From positions 62,001 to 126,000 of the forward strand of contig CAVNZM010000013.1 in NCBI GenBank assembly GCA_963693365.1: a stretch of 64,000 nucleotides of DNA. Direction: 5' to 3'. Below are positions 1-11,504 of this stretch, one piece after another. Origin of the DNA: Amoebidium appalachense (taxonomy: Eukaryota > Protista > Ichthyosporea). The notes under the pieces were generated by a model. It was given only the letters and a program-made list of their open reading frames with translations, had not been told where the DNA came from and did not search any database. The position numbers and the translations under genes were made by a program. The first letter of the stretch is position 1. Each line of letters begins with the position of its first letter.

Positions 1-1145
1 GAGGCTAGCATCGGTAGCTCCGAAAGAAAGTTAAGGCACCGGATCACAATATCATACTGTGCAGCTGGCATTAATAAGGTGATCTAGGATAGTCATCTTA
101 AAACGGATATATTGAGGAAGAGAGGAAGAAAAGAGAATAAAACCGCCAATAACCTCCGGTTCTAATACGTTAGCTAACAGGTTGCACTTATTGATAGATA
201 TGCAGCCGCGAGTAAACCGCCCCCCACACATATTACACATACGAGCAGGACACACCAGAAACCGATTACACCGCCAATCCATAATCATCTTTGCGTTTTT
301 ACACCACACCACATCACGAATAAACGAATCTATGTATGAACGAGACTCTCTAACCGTATCCGCCATATAGGCTACTAGTAGTTGGTGTTTTTGCGGTCCT
401 AACACCGGAAGGGACTCAACACGTAGAGTAAAAAGATAGAGTCTATCAGCCATAGACTTGAAACTATTCATATTCACTGGCACACTATGATCTAGCCGTA
501 CCTCCGGTGGGGTCGCCAGCCATTCCACATAACGCTCGGCAATGGGCAGAGACGATGGGGAAGGGAAGAGGTAGAGGGGCGAGTCCGGCGGGGATGCGTG
601 TAGCCGGAAGAGCGGGTGGTCCGGGGCACAAGCGGACAGGCGGGTGATATGCTCGTGAAATTTAAGGGCTAATTCGTGTACGCGTTGTGATGGTGGTGTG
701 AGTGCGTAGAGAGAATTAAAAAGGCGTCTAGGGATAGGTGTGGAAAGACCAGTGAGAAACGTACAACAAGTTGTGTAGTGGAAATCATCTATTGATTTGA
801 GGACATTAGTAACAGTATCTAGTAGGGGGTGCCATAGCTAGTAAGGGCAACCCGTATTCAGACAAAGGGCGAATATATGTGCGAAATATACTAAGACGAT
901 TGTATAGGTGGACAGTATGAGAGAGAGTAGCAAGATACACATCCCTAAATAACCGAAGACACCTGCCTGCACTCTCCACCCGAAGGTCGATCATCTGTTT
1001 GAAACATATGCCCCATTCGTCCACCGGAATCCCAAAATACTTGTATTCGATTGGGCGAGGGAGGGGACTGCCGAAAATACAAACGTCGTCCCATGCCGGT
1101 ATCGATTTTGATAAAAGGGCACACTTTTTGAGGATGGCGACATGG
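1..1145 (-). pseudogene. Non-LTR retrotransposon remnant A (RT C-terminus/thumb plus C-terminal Cys motif), disrupted
   Basis: Minus-strand frames give KKCALL..EYKYFGIPVDEWG..YIRPLSEYGLPLLA (806-1140) and DWRCNRFLVCPARMCNMCGGRFTRGC (ORF 52-528); same motif order as remnants B and C; stops and frameshifts between blocks. Confidence 0.75.
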
Positions 1146-1359
1146 AGATATTGCCGGCGCTACCCGGAATTTTCCCGAACATTCAGGAGATTTCCATCGA
1201 CATCGACCTTCAGTCTGAGGATATCGAGTCGATCCATTTCAGTGCGCCGCGGCGTGGGAACACCTGAAACACCTGTCTATAACCTCGTGTGAACTGTACG
1301 GCAGTCGTGTGGTGGTGCCGTACCTTCCTAATTTGGAAGAGTTCACGGCGAATTTTGAC

Positions 1360-2080
1360 GGAATTTTTTTTTTCTTTTGACTGGATTTATTCGACGGAAA
1401 GATATCATAATGCAAGTATGCACGGCATACTGAGAAGACAATAAAAACTTCACGAGTTATCCAGTAACAAGTGCATACTGAGATACCTGAACACTGTGTG
1501 AAAATCATATAAACATTCAATGTGACGACCAACAGAATTCAACAAAAAGTCTAAAGTGTTCACATTGTCAGCTAGTGTAGCAGACACGCGTAGGGAAAGA
1601 GGTAAAACGCGACATAAAACTCACACCTATCAACATGCTTGCGATTAAAAAGTTCAGCACAAAAGTGGCACCAGCGGCGATGAAAACAAGAATTACAGCG
1701 CCACTGCACAACTTCCCAGGAATTTTTTTTTTCTTTTTCTTTTGACTGGATTTATTCGACGGAAAGATATGCAAGTATGCACGGCACACTGAGAAGACAA
1801 TAAAAACTTCACGAGTTATCCAGTAACAAGTGCATACTGAGATACCTGAACACTGTGTGAAAATCATATAAATACTCAATGTGACGACCAACAGAATTCA
1901 ACAAAAAGTCTAAAGTGTTCACATTGCCAGCTAGTGTAGCAGATACCCGTAGGGAAAGAGGTAAAACGCGACATAAAAATTCACACCTATCAACATGCTT
2001 GCGATTAAAAAGGTCAGCACAAAAGTGGCGCCAGCGGCGATGAAAACAAGAATTGCAGCGCCACTGCACAACTTCCCAGG
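1360..2080. repeat. Tandem duplication (~360 bp x2) of the 3' end of non-LTR remnant B
   Basis: 1360-1720 and 1719-2080 are near-identical; each begins GGAATTTTTTTT and ends ACAACTTCCCAGG. Confidence 0.9.
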
Positions 2081-2735
2081 CAATATCAACATCAGAGCAC
2101 CATACAGACTTATCTACTAGGGTAGTATCCATACGTGCAGCAGGAGAAATGTATCCTGCCAAAGCTCCCAAAAAGCGATAATGATCGTACTACGGTGTTG
2201 CCTAAGGAACATAACACATGCCGACTGAGTTTTACCTTTGATTTCTCTATCAGAACGAGAAAGAAACTTATACTGCGTATGGTAATAACGCGAAAAGGCA
2301 GAAAAAACAGGAAGAGAAAAGAAAGAGGGAGTGAGATAGCGAGAGGAAGAATCAGGTGGAAAGAGGGTAGGCTGAGGACATTCAGAAGTAGCGTTGGTGA
2401 ATCGGGGGGGAGGAGGGATGGAGGGAGGGGGGGGAAAGAAAGCATAAAGAGGGTGACCATCACGTAGCCTAACTAAATGAAAACAAAAACGAAGAGACAA
2501 TTCCTCCATACGACAAACAGCAGACGACAAGCCAAACATACTGATTAAGGGAGGCACAAACCGAGTACGAAACAAAGTGCGCAGCGCAGTACCCTGAAAA
2601 TCGTCGAACTCGTTCAGCGCCATTGCCGCCTCGTGAGGTGGGGCGCAGGCCAATAGCGGAAGTCCATATTCGAAAGTCGGCCGTAAAAAAGTTTTATAGT
2701 AGAGAAGAAGGTTCGCAGGATGGAGCACAGACTCC
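1360..2735 (-). pseudogene. Non-LTR retrotransposon remnant B (3' part with A-rich tail)
   Basis: LHP..YKTFLRPTFEYGLPLLA (ORF 2117-2728) and VVQWRCNSCFHRRWRHFCADLFNRKHVDRC (ORF 1809-2171); ends in AAAAGAAAAAAAAAAA on the minus strand; 5' side cut off by the Copia LTR. Confidence 0.75.
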
Positions 2736-3674
2736 TGTTGATGTTGTAATACGTAGTATCTACATATGGTAAGATCTTCTCAGTTTGTGTTATGTTTCAG
2801 TTCATATGCTTAGTGTAAATGCCACACTCCTATTATGTAAAGTGTAGCATCGATCTCCGATATGCTTGTATACTTGTAATCGTGTTGTATCGGCTTTAAT
2901 CGTGTGTTGTAATATCGGCAATTAGATTATTTATATGTGTGTACACATATCCACCCACTCAGGGAGAGACGTGTACATGTTCGTGTGTACATAAATATCT
3001 CTGGTTATAGTTATGCTATTACTATCTTGTTTGTTGATCTGTGCTCTCTTTTCCTTTCTCTTTCTCCTTCCTTATTTTCTTTTCTTTCTTTCCTTGTCTT
3101 CATGTGTATAATCGTATTTCTTTTCTACTAATATATGTTAGGTAGATTTGTGTTACTTAATACGTGTTCATTGGACGGTAACACACTTAGGCTACACTTA
3201 AGTTAGAATAACATGTGTGATTAGACTTCATTAATTTACTTTAGTTTTCATGTGTTGCCGGGCTTTAACCAATCATCAAGGTTAAGTGTGATATGTCCGA
3301 GTCTTTGCAGTGTGTCATAGGTTAGAACTTCCTTGATGATGACACGAGTTGATCTTAACTAGTGTCTGTGTCCTATCGGGTACGTCTCCGCGTACCAGAT
3401 CTCTCTGAAAGCAATTGGTTCTTAGTGATTGGTTTCTATTAGAGATAGATCTGATTTCCGACTGGTCGGAAATCATGTATGGATTAGACTTAGAGGAATT
3501 TCAGGTATTTATTCGAAGATCAGAATAAATTGAGTTCAGTCGTGTCTAAACATTGATGTCTGTTGTGTACACTGCTCCGATCGTTCCGTGTTTTGTTGTT
3601 GTGTGTGTCTGTGGTGTTTTCACACTGCACCACTGTGTCTCTGCTTTCATCCCAAATACTTATATAATTTAACA
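2736..3674 (+). repeat. Putative 5' LTR of Copia element (left boundary uncertain, 2736 or 2742)
   Basis: AT-rich non-coding block starting TGTTG and ending TTTAACA directly before a Copia-type PBS and gag; no second LTR in the window to confirm it. Confidence 0.55.
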
Positions 3675-3687
3675 GGTTATGCAGCCC
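3675..3687 (+). promoter_or_regulatory. Primer-binding site, Copia-type (tRNAiMet half-molecule class)
   Basis: GGTTATGCAGCCC immediately after the LTR-ending CA; resembles the GGTTATGGGCCC PBS of many Copia elements; 62 bp upstream of the gag ATG. Confidence 0.55.
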
Positions 3688-3736
3688 TTTTGCACGCTCC
3701 CTACACACATCTAGAACTAGCGATCGTTTTTCAATC

Positions 3737-4496
3737 ATGGATCCAAACAAAACTGGTGTAAACAAAATAACCACTGGCATGTGGAAAGGTGAAGGGAAGA
3801 CTGGTCCCGATAGCAAAACCACCTATTTTCAGTGGGAAATTATTTTTCTCGGCATGATGACCGGCACTAAAGGTGTCCGACTCGTGGATGTTGTGCTTGC
3901 TGACAACTACGTCCCCCCTACCACCATCGCGGTTGACGGTGAACCCCCCTTCTACGGCTACGGCACTACCGCGGAACTCAAGGAGGCCCGCAATTGCCTC
4001 CTGCTCCATATGATCCAGAACATCGACCCTTCCGTGCTCACCACCGTTGCCCAGTACCGTATTGGCATGGACCCTGAACGGGCCATGTGGAAATTCCGTC
4101 AACACTACCTCCAAGGCAAACCCGATCAGATCCGCATCCTTCACCGTCAGTGGGATGCCTGTGCCCTTCAGCCCGGTGAATCATTCACCACCTACCTGAG
4201 TCGTCTGCAGACCATCGTGAACCAGCTCCAGTCCCCCCAAGATGAGTCCATTCACTTCACTCGTCTAGCTGAGAAGTTCTTCAATGAACTCACCACCAGA
4301 GACGACCTCACCCCTGAGTTCAACCGTCTTATCGAAGACTATCACTTCGGTGATAAGCTATTCCCCGACTTCGAGTCCCTCCACAACCACGTCAAGGGCA
4401 TCGAGCTACGTCAAGACCTCAAGATGCAACTCCGGAGCAACCGTGCCCACCGTGCCTCCAAGTCCAGCAAGCATGGCATTAAATGCCAGTGCTCCC
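3737..4496 (+). pseudogene. gag: Copia gag, 5' part (interrupted by DNA transposon)
   Basis: ORF from ATG 3737 with Copia-gag-like core (AMWKFRQHY..QPGESFTTYLSRLQTIVNQL); frame joins in phase to the part at 21938 when 4497-21937 is removed. Confidence 0.8.
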
Positions 4497-4562
4497 CATC
4501 AGCAATCTTGTTGCGGCATCCAAAAGCTGTCGTAAACTACCCGACGACATCGGAAACCCCTC
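4497..4562 (+). repeat. Left bipartite terminal inverted repeat (13 bp + 38 bp spacer + 15 bp)
   Basis: CATCAGCAATCTT ... CATCGGAAACCCCTC, exact reverse complements of the right-end blocks. Confidence 0.9.
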
Positions 4563-5425
4563 AACACCTCCAAAACTAACCCCAAATACATATCATTGCT
4601 CCCCGACGTCCAATGGATGTGTCGTAATATGCTCGATCCGATACCCGATGCACCAATGGATGTACATAGAACCCCGCGAGTGCATATCCAATGGGTGTGC
4701 AATGTAGCCATCTAACCGACGTGCAATAGATCCAACATACGACGTCCAGTCGGTGGGTATATGACGGCGGCCAGGGGGCATTCAGACAGTCGTAACACCG
4801 TCTACGGGAGGATCAGAACGCCACCCTGTGGACGATCTTATGCATGTCTATGGTTTGATGTAAAGCCATATAACGGAGCACTGTAAACGCATCGAATGTA
4901 TGGTATTAATACCCTCTTGATCAAATACGTGTGACTATCACATGTATGTCTATCGTTTGTTGTAAAGCAATGCAATGGAGCACTGCAAAACCATCCAGTT
5001 GATTATAAAAATAGATCGAAATCCAATCGTTCATACGCCCTTTCCGACATCCGAAACACAACCAGTGGATATACCATGGGTGGGTTTGTGCTAACCCATG
5101 ACCTATCATAAGATGTGATTTGCATCCTACTACAGATTACATTACGATGTTGTAAACAGATGCATAGGAGGACATTACGACATATAATGTAGATGACGCA
5201 TATTAATACATTTGACGTCGTAACGTACACTTGCATATGTTGTAAGGGTGTGCGATGCACATGCACAATGTGCTTTTTGGTGCGTCATAAACCCATCCTT
5301 ACATGCATAATGGCATGTTCAATGTATGATAATGATATCATACATCATACGTCATAAAATCACTGTAAGGACACATACAATATGACATCAGACGGTAAGA
5401 AGAGCGCATAAAGATGTTTCTTTGC

Positions 5426-5612
5426 GTCTCGCTCCACAGGAGCAGAGACGGATACCATATGTACTTTTTTGTCTCGCTCCACTGGAGCAGAGACCACGCC
5501 TGACAGTTTGTTTTTTCTCACAACTTGTTACAAATTTTTAAGTCTCGTTCCACAGGAGCGAGACTGCAATACAACAAATTTCTATGTCTCGACTCCGGAG
5601 TCTGCTCCAGAC
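5426..5612. repeat. Array of four palindromic ~24-bp hairpin units with unique spacers
   Basis: GTCTCGCTCCACAGGAGCAGAGAC-like units at 5426, 5471, 5542 and (degenerate) 5586. Confidence 0.8.
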
Positions 5613-6010
5613 TGCACTAGACACCAAAACATATCAAAAAAAGAAAAAAAAAAGAGGGTGGTGGGGGGGGGGGGGGGGGGGCTTCTATCATCCCACTAGT
5701 CCTCATCCTCATCCTCCCCACCCTCATCTCCTTCCTCCCCCCAGCCGGGAGGGGGGGGGGGGGGGGGGAAGGAGTATAAAAGAGCAGCAACGAACATAAA
5801 CAAAACTCAAAACAAGCAAACTATTATGCGGGTTTCTAAGAAGCTCCCAACATCATTAAACTAAACACATGCTAATCCCTTGACAGAAGAGTAACAAGGT
5901 GTGTGTGTATGTGTATGAGGCCCCAAAAAAAAAAAAGGACGCCCAACATGACAATATAAGGGGGGCACTCTTACACCAAACCATACCATACCAAATGCCG
6001 GCAGAGTAAT

Positions 6011-6255
6011 TAACAGGACAAAGAGCCGGTACCCACCTATGGGTGCTAAACATGCACATGATCATTCATGTGCTATAAGAGCAACACAGAAACGAAACAC
6101 GGAAACAACAGCAGCCATAGGACAAAGAGCCCCAGACCCACAGGGTCTTGCCTCCATACTTTATTTACCTTAACAGGACAAAGAGCCGGTACCCACCTAT
6201 GAAACGAAAAACGGAAACAACAGCAGCCATAGGACAAAGAGCCGGTACCCACCTC
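6011..6255. repeat. Patchwork direct repeats
   Basis: AGGACAAAGAGCC(GGTACCCACCT) four times and ACGGAAACAACAGCAGCCATAGGAC twice. Confidence 0.75.
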
Positions 6256-7268
6256 TAGATGATAACGTAGCCTTATAGCTGCTGATGACTTCATGGGCCA
6301 ACCTTGCCAAAACCTGTAAAGGAACTCGAGCTAAGAATTAGCTCATCCTACTTGCGAGAAGTGGGGGGGGAGGGGGGGGGGGGGGGGGGACTGAGGGGGC
6401 TGACTGAGAGTGGCAAAAAAAGAGTCGACAGAACCAACCTCAAACATAGTAAGGACGGAAACCCGGACCAGAACTTATGAAGTCTAGAGAAGCAGAAAAT
6501 AGCTTGAACGATCGGTGGAGGGGATGATAGCTATAGTGCTAACAGCAAAAGTAGTGCTCACAGTCGCTGGTTCATGAACGTGAAAGGCAACGTGCATCTG
6601 CAGCCAGCAGACACACGCACACGCACGCACGAACACACATACACACACAAACACACAGACACAGACACAGACATAATCACAGGACGGACACAGACCAGAC
6701 AGACAAACGCCATATGCACAAAAGCAGGCAACACAAAACTAACCTTCAAGAAGAAGCTGCAGCATGCAGCATGGTCCAAAACAATCAGCACGGTGGCTGC
6801 GCGATCTGCGGAGGGGATCTGTGACCAGGCGCTGCGGGAAGGGAACTGCGACCAGGCGACCTGCGGGAAGGGACCTGCGACCAGGCGACCTGCGGGAAAG
6901 GACCTGCGGACCTGCGGGAAGGGGGAAGAGAAATGGAGAAAACAACGTGCGTACAGGCTTAAATGGAGAAAAAATTGCAAACCGGATTGGAATTTAGCCA
7001 ATCACTATTCGCCGCGCCTGATTAGGAAAAAGATAAAAATAGATTTCGGCTCGCGCGCGCGCGTGCATCAGCTTGGTGCCCTTAGCGCTACCCTTAGTGC
7101 CCTTAGTCACAACTATCAGACTATAGTTACGTGTCCTCCACTTCTTTGTTCTTGACCATTTTATCGGCATGAAAGGGTTTCTGTTACTTCTTGCTGTCCT
7201 TCTTAGCGTGCTTGCTTGTCTTTTTTTCAACATGGGTGTCACTGGCGCTTTCGACTTCTTTGAAATCA

Positions 7269-7299
<31 letters not shown>

Positions 7300-7608
7300 G
7301 CGCGCGCGCGCGCACGCACACACACTCACACATGCACACTGCACACACACACACACACACACACACAGGCGCGCACACACAGGCACGCACACACACAGGC
7401 GCACACCTACACAACACACACAGCACATGCACACACAAGCGCACACACGCACACACCCTGTTATCCCTGATCATGATGCCCCCTCCCCCCCTCCCTCTTC
7501 CCCCCCCGCGCACCCCCCCCCCCCCCCCCCCCCCACCCACCCCACCCACCCACCTACAAAGACGAAAACATTGTACATGTATTGCATACACAAATATACT
7601 CGCACAAC

Positions 7609-7697
7609 TCTATGAAAACTACTCCGGGACGTGTGTTGCCTCTAGGGGGACATCCCCTTGGACGAAAGTGAACCTGCAATGGTTGTAAACCACGGCA
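7609..7697 (-). repeat. Split direct repeat B2, copy 1
   Basis: Identical to 8182-8270 (TCTATGAAAACTACTCCGGG...AAACCACGGCA). Confidence 0.95.
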
Positions 7698-7827
7698 AGC
7701 CCCCAGTCATCAATTTATTGATCCGTGAGGTCCATGTGCCCAAAAAACGGGGGAAGTCTTCGCCCCGTGAAAAAACAGCACGTATGTGTGGATCAATGGG
7801 GGTTGTGTGTGGGTGTAGGTGGGTGGG

Positions 7828-8270
7828 TGAAAAGGAATATACAGCTGTAAGGCTGTGGATGCTAAACACAGAAGATGTGTTTGTAGCTTGCTGATCTGCT
7901 AAAAACTGTCGTGCTTATATACCTAAGCCTACCGATCTGAGCCAATCAAAAATCGATCTAGTGATATGTGAAATCTGATCCGAGCCAATCATAACTCGGT
8001 CTAGTGATCTGTGGTATCTGATGTTTTGACTGGCTAATAGGTGCCCGTGTGCGGGCAGCCAACCGCTAACTGCTAAAACACGAAATGAAGCCTACATGCC
8101 ATGTTATGTTGGTATCGAACACCCATCCTACGTGTTTTACCCAGAAAAATATTTATGTCAATAATTTCCACAAATAAAACCTCTATGAAAACTACTCCGG
8201 GACGTGTGTTGCCTCTAGGGGGACATCCCCTTGGACGAAAGTGAACCTGCAATGGTTGTAAACCACGGCA
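7828..8270 (-). repeat. Internal B1-A2 junction repeat, copy 1
   Basis: 7828-8182 matches 12711-13061 (one small indel near 8099); abuts B1 at AAAACCT/CTATG. Confidence 0.95.
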
Positions 8271-8298
8271 CGAGAGCAGTATGCTTGCTCCAAAGGTT

Positions 8299-9498
8299 TT
8301 ATTTAAGAATAGAGGCGAATACACGTGTGGTGGTGGCAGCAATGGAGGCCGGACGAAGTCGGGTATAGATCAGGAAGCAGTCGGAGGACCACCGGCCGAG
8401 TTGTTTGATCCGGGAGTCGTCGACCCCGGCCTCAGCCAGTGCTGTGGCCCCCCCGATGCGGAGGCTGTGTCCGGCAAACCGGGAGGGTGAGAGGCCTGCC
8501 CGGGAGAGGAGGGCACCGAAATCGGCAGAGAAAGCACTCTTGGTGTAGGGGATGCCACCGAGACTGAAGAGGGGGTCGTCGGGTTGACCGGACGTTGTAT
8601 CCAGGAACTGCCGGAGGAGATGGGCTGGGGAGAAGTGGGTGAGGGGCAGGGCAGCTAGGGTGACGTTGACACCTCGGGCCTGTACATCCGTCTTAGAGGT
8701 TGGCAGGTGGAGGGTGGCATGGGACAAAGTACCGGTGGGGGTGTAGCTGAAGGTCACGTCCTTCCGTTTAACGTGACGGGACGGGTCGAAAGAAGTCAGG
8801 GTCTTGGAGGTAAATTCCCCTGAACGGAGGAGACCACAGAAACCGACGATGAGGGCCGTCCATAGCCGGAGATTGGCCGAGGAGGCCTTGGTGGGGCACT
8901 GGCCATGGAGTAGGCGGAGGTGGGAGGGGAGGAGGGGTTCCCTGGTGGATGAGCGGGGTCGGATGTTGTGAGAAAGCTGCCATCGGCCTACCCCCCGTAG
9001 GAACCAGGCCAGAGACTTGTCGTGGGGGTAGGGAGCAGGGAGGCCCATGTCGAGGTGGAGCCTGGTGATGGCCGAATTGTAGCCGGTTAAGGAAGAGGCC
9101 TGTACCCCTCGTTGGGCACACCAGGCGAGAAAAAGTTGCACGGTGTGTGGGGAGGCCGGGAGGGAGGACCCGGAGGAGGATTGCAGCCGAGATGCCACAC
9201 AGAAATCGATGAACACTTTTTGCACCCGGGAGTAAAAGGCCCGAGAGTCGAGGTTGAGACTCAGGGCCTGGCATTCCTGCAGGGTAGTGGTGGCTCGAAG
9301 CAGCTCGGCCGGAGCAAAGTGGGGGGCCAATCTGCCAGTGTTGCTCCGGAACGGGAGATCTGGGGGGGGGGGGGGGGGGGGGTTAGCCCAAGGGAAGGGA
9401 TAGGAACTCGTGGACCCAGGAGGGGAAGGGGCAGGGCTCCGGTTGCAGGGAAGGTCGGAGTCGTCGGGCCCGGGGAAGTTGGTTACGAGAAATGGCAT
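8299..9498 (-). CDS. Tyrosine recombinase (YR) of Ngaro copy 1
   Basis: 399 aa; catalytic set R (LLRSGE), K (SKTD), HSLR (GHSLRIG), W (LGRW), Y (FLIY); overlaps the end of the RT ORF. Confidence 0.95.
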   Translation of the reverse strand: MPFLVTNFPGPDDSDLPCNRSPAPSPPGSTSSYPFPWANPPPPPPPDLPFRSNTGRLAPHFAPAELLRATTTLQECQALSLNLDSRAFYSRVQKVFIDFCVASRLQSSSGSSLPASPHTVQLFLAWCAQRGVQASSLTGYNSAITRLHLDMGLPAPYPHDKSLAWFLRGVGRWQLSHNIRPRSSTREPLLPSHLRLLHGQCPTKASSANLRLWTALIVGFCGLLRSGEFTSKTLTSFDPSRHVKRKDVTFSYTPTGTLSHATLHLPTSKTDVQARGVNVTLAALPLTHFSPAHLLRQFLDTTSGQPDDPLFSLGGIPYTKSAFSADFGALLSRAGLSPSRFAGHSLRIGGATALAEAGVDDSRIKQLGRWSSDCFLIYTRLRPASIAATTTRVFASILK

Positions 9499-11065
9499 CG
9501 GCCAGATGGTTGAGAGGTCCTGGTAGGTAGGATGCCTGTAACGTAAATTGGTATTGCATTTCCATGCGGGTGATGAACCGAATAAGTTTGGCCATCACGG
9601 GGTGGGGGGAAGACCGGGAGTGCAGGTCAGCCACAGCACCCGTGTTGTCGCATAAAATACGGACATGGTGGGTGGACCAGGAGGGGGCCCAGAGGGCCAC
9701 GGCGGCTGCGATGGCCAGGAGTTCGATGACGGAAGAACCGAGTTTACCCTCATGAGCATAGAGGGCTTGGGTGGAGGGGGACCAGGGCATGAAGAAACAT
9801 TGGTCGAGCCAGTGGCCACCTAGACCCACCGATCCGGCAGCATCAGTGGCCAGGGTGGTGTATGTGGGGGGTGTGATGAGGTGCACCCCATTCCATGATG
9901 TGAGGAACTGGTGCCATTCGGCTACGTCGGCCCGGGCGGCAGCAGTCAGTCGTATGTGGTGGTGGCCGGCAAGGTGTGGGTGGGTCCGGAGAAGGGCCCA
10001 TAGGCGCTGGGAGAAGGCCCTCCCGGGGGGAACCAGCTGGGCACACCAGGTGAGTTTGCCGAGGAGGGACTGGAGGTCCCGAATGGTGATGGTGGGCTTT
10101 GGGTGGGAAGTGAGGTCGAGTAGGTCCGAGAGCTTGGAAGCCGGGATTCGTGCCTCCATGGCGATGGAGTCGAATTCGATACCGATGAAGACGACACGGG
10201 TAGCCGGGCCCTGCATCTTGTCTTCGGAGATGGCAATGTGCAGCTCTCGGCAGAGTTGCAGGAAGGTGGATAGGTGACGTTGGCACTGCTGTTGTGTGGG
10301 GGCGACTATAATCCAGTCGTCTACGTAGTGGCGGATGAGGGTAATACCGTGCTGGTGTGCCAGCCACTGTAGGGTGGCCGCGATCCGTTCCCAGATGGCT
10401 GGGCTAGATTTCAGGCCGAAGGGCAGTCTGGTTTCAACGTAAAAATGCCCTTGCCATTTGAATGCCATTAAGTGGTGGTCTTCCGGTCGGATGGGCATGT
10501 GCCGGAAGGCAGCCTGCACATCTGCCACGGCCATGTAGCAGCCGGGGCCTGCGTCGAGAATGAGTTGGGTGACATCCCGGGCGCGAATGTACTGAAGTTC
10601 GTCGGGGTAGGTGATGCTGTCATTGACACTGCTACCCCGGGGCCAGGAGAGGTGGTGGATTCGACGGTACTTGGGGGGGTTCCCTTTCTTGGTAACGGCG
10701 CCGATGGGGGAGGAACGGTGGACGGGAAATTCGTCAAAGAATTGGGCCGGGGAGAGGGGGCCGCGCAGGTGGCCGAGGGCGACTTCTTTGGCAATATCCA
10801 CCGTGATAGCGGCAGCTGCCTCCGGGGTGGTGGGTAGGTTGGGGCCCACCCGAGAGGTGGAGGGGCCGCGATAGCCGATGTCGACGCCGAATTCGACATC
10901 GTGGAGGAGTTGTGCGGCGAATGGTTGGTCCGGGTAGGAGGCCAGCAGTTCCCGGAGGCGGGAGGTGTCAATGTGGTGCTGGGGCAGCGGGCGGGCCTCC
11001 GGGTCTGAGCCTCGGGGGAAGGGGTGGTTAGCAAGGGTGGTGTACCCTTGGGGAGATCCCGGCAG

Positions 11066-11112
<47 letters not shown>

Positions 11113-11227
11113 CAGGGCCCCGGGGGGTTAGAGTAGGGCAGCTGGGCCCAAGTGAGGGTTGGCAGGGAGGGCAGCGGGGCCCTGTGCAGGGGAATGTGCC
11201 CGAGCACGCGGGGGTGTGGGCGGACAC
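9383..11227 (-). CDS. Reverse transcriptase / RNase H of Ngaro copy 1 (start undefined)
   Basis: ADVQAAF, LPFGLKSSP, YVDD (RT); TDAAG, IELLAI, CDN, NHLADAISR (RNase H); no AUG upstream of the RT domain. Confidence 0.93.
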
Positions 11228-11504
11228 AGCGGTAGAAGAAGGGGGGGGGAGGGAGTGCTAGGTGAGTGTAAGGGGGGGGAGGCTCGTGGGATGGGGGGGG
11301 GGGGAGTAAAATTATGTGCAGTGGCCAGAATAAACGTCTTTGTATAGGGACATTTATTCTTGACGCGCGCGGGCGCCGTAGTTGGCCTGCGAAATTTTGT
11401 ACTCAGCCCTATTGGCCCGTTCTCCCGAGCTCCGTTTCCCTGTACTCGTGTGTCCTAGCTCCTAACCCCTATGTTCTAGCTGTGTGTGTGGGTGTGCGCG
11501 TAGA

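Noticed and set aside
1146-1359. Possible gag-like fragment (GALKWIDSIS) between LINE remnants
   Set aside because: Too short and broken to support.
6300-7270. Possible captured gene exons inside the TIR element (minus-strand splice-like sites; K-rich end DFKEVES..KKDSKK)
   Set aside because: No coherent spliced product or recognisable domain.
7545-7827. 14-nt inverted match between the copy-1 flank (CCCACCCACCTACA) and spacer U, suggesting guided targeting
   Set aside because: Low-complexity CCCA motifs are common here and copy 2 has no equivalent flank.
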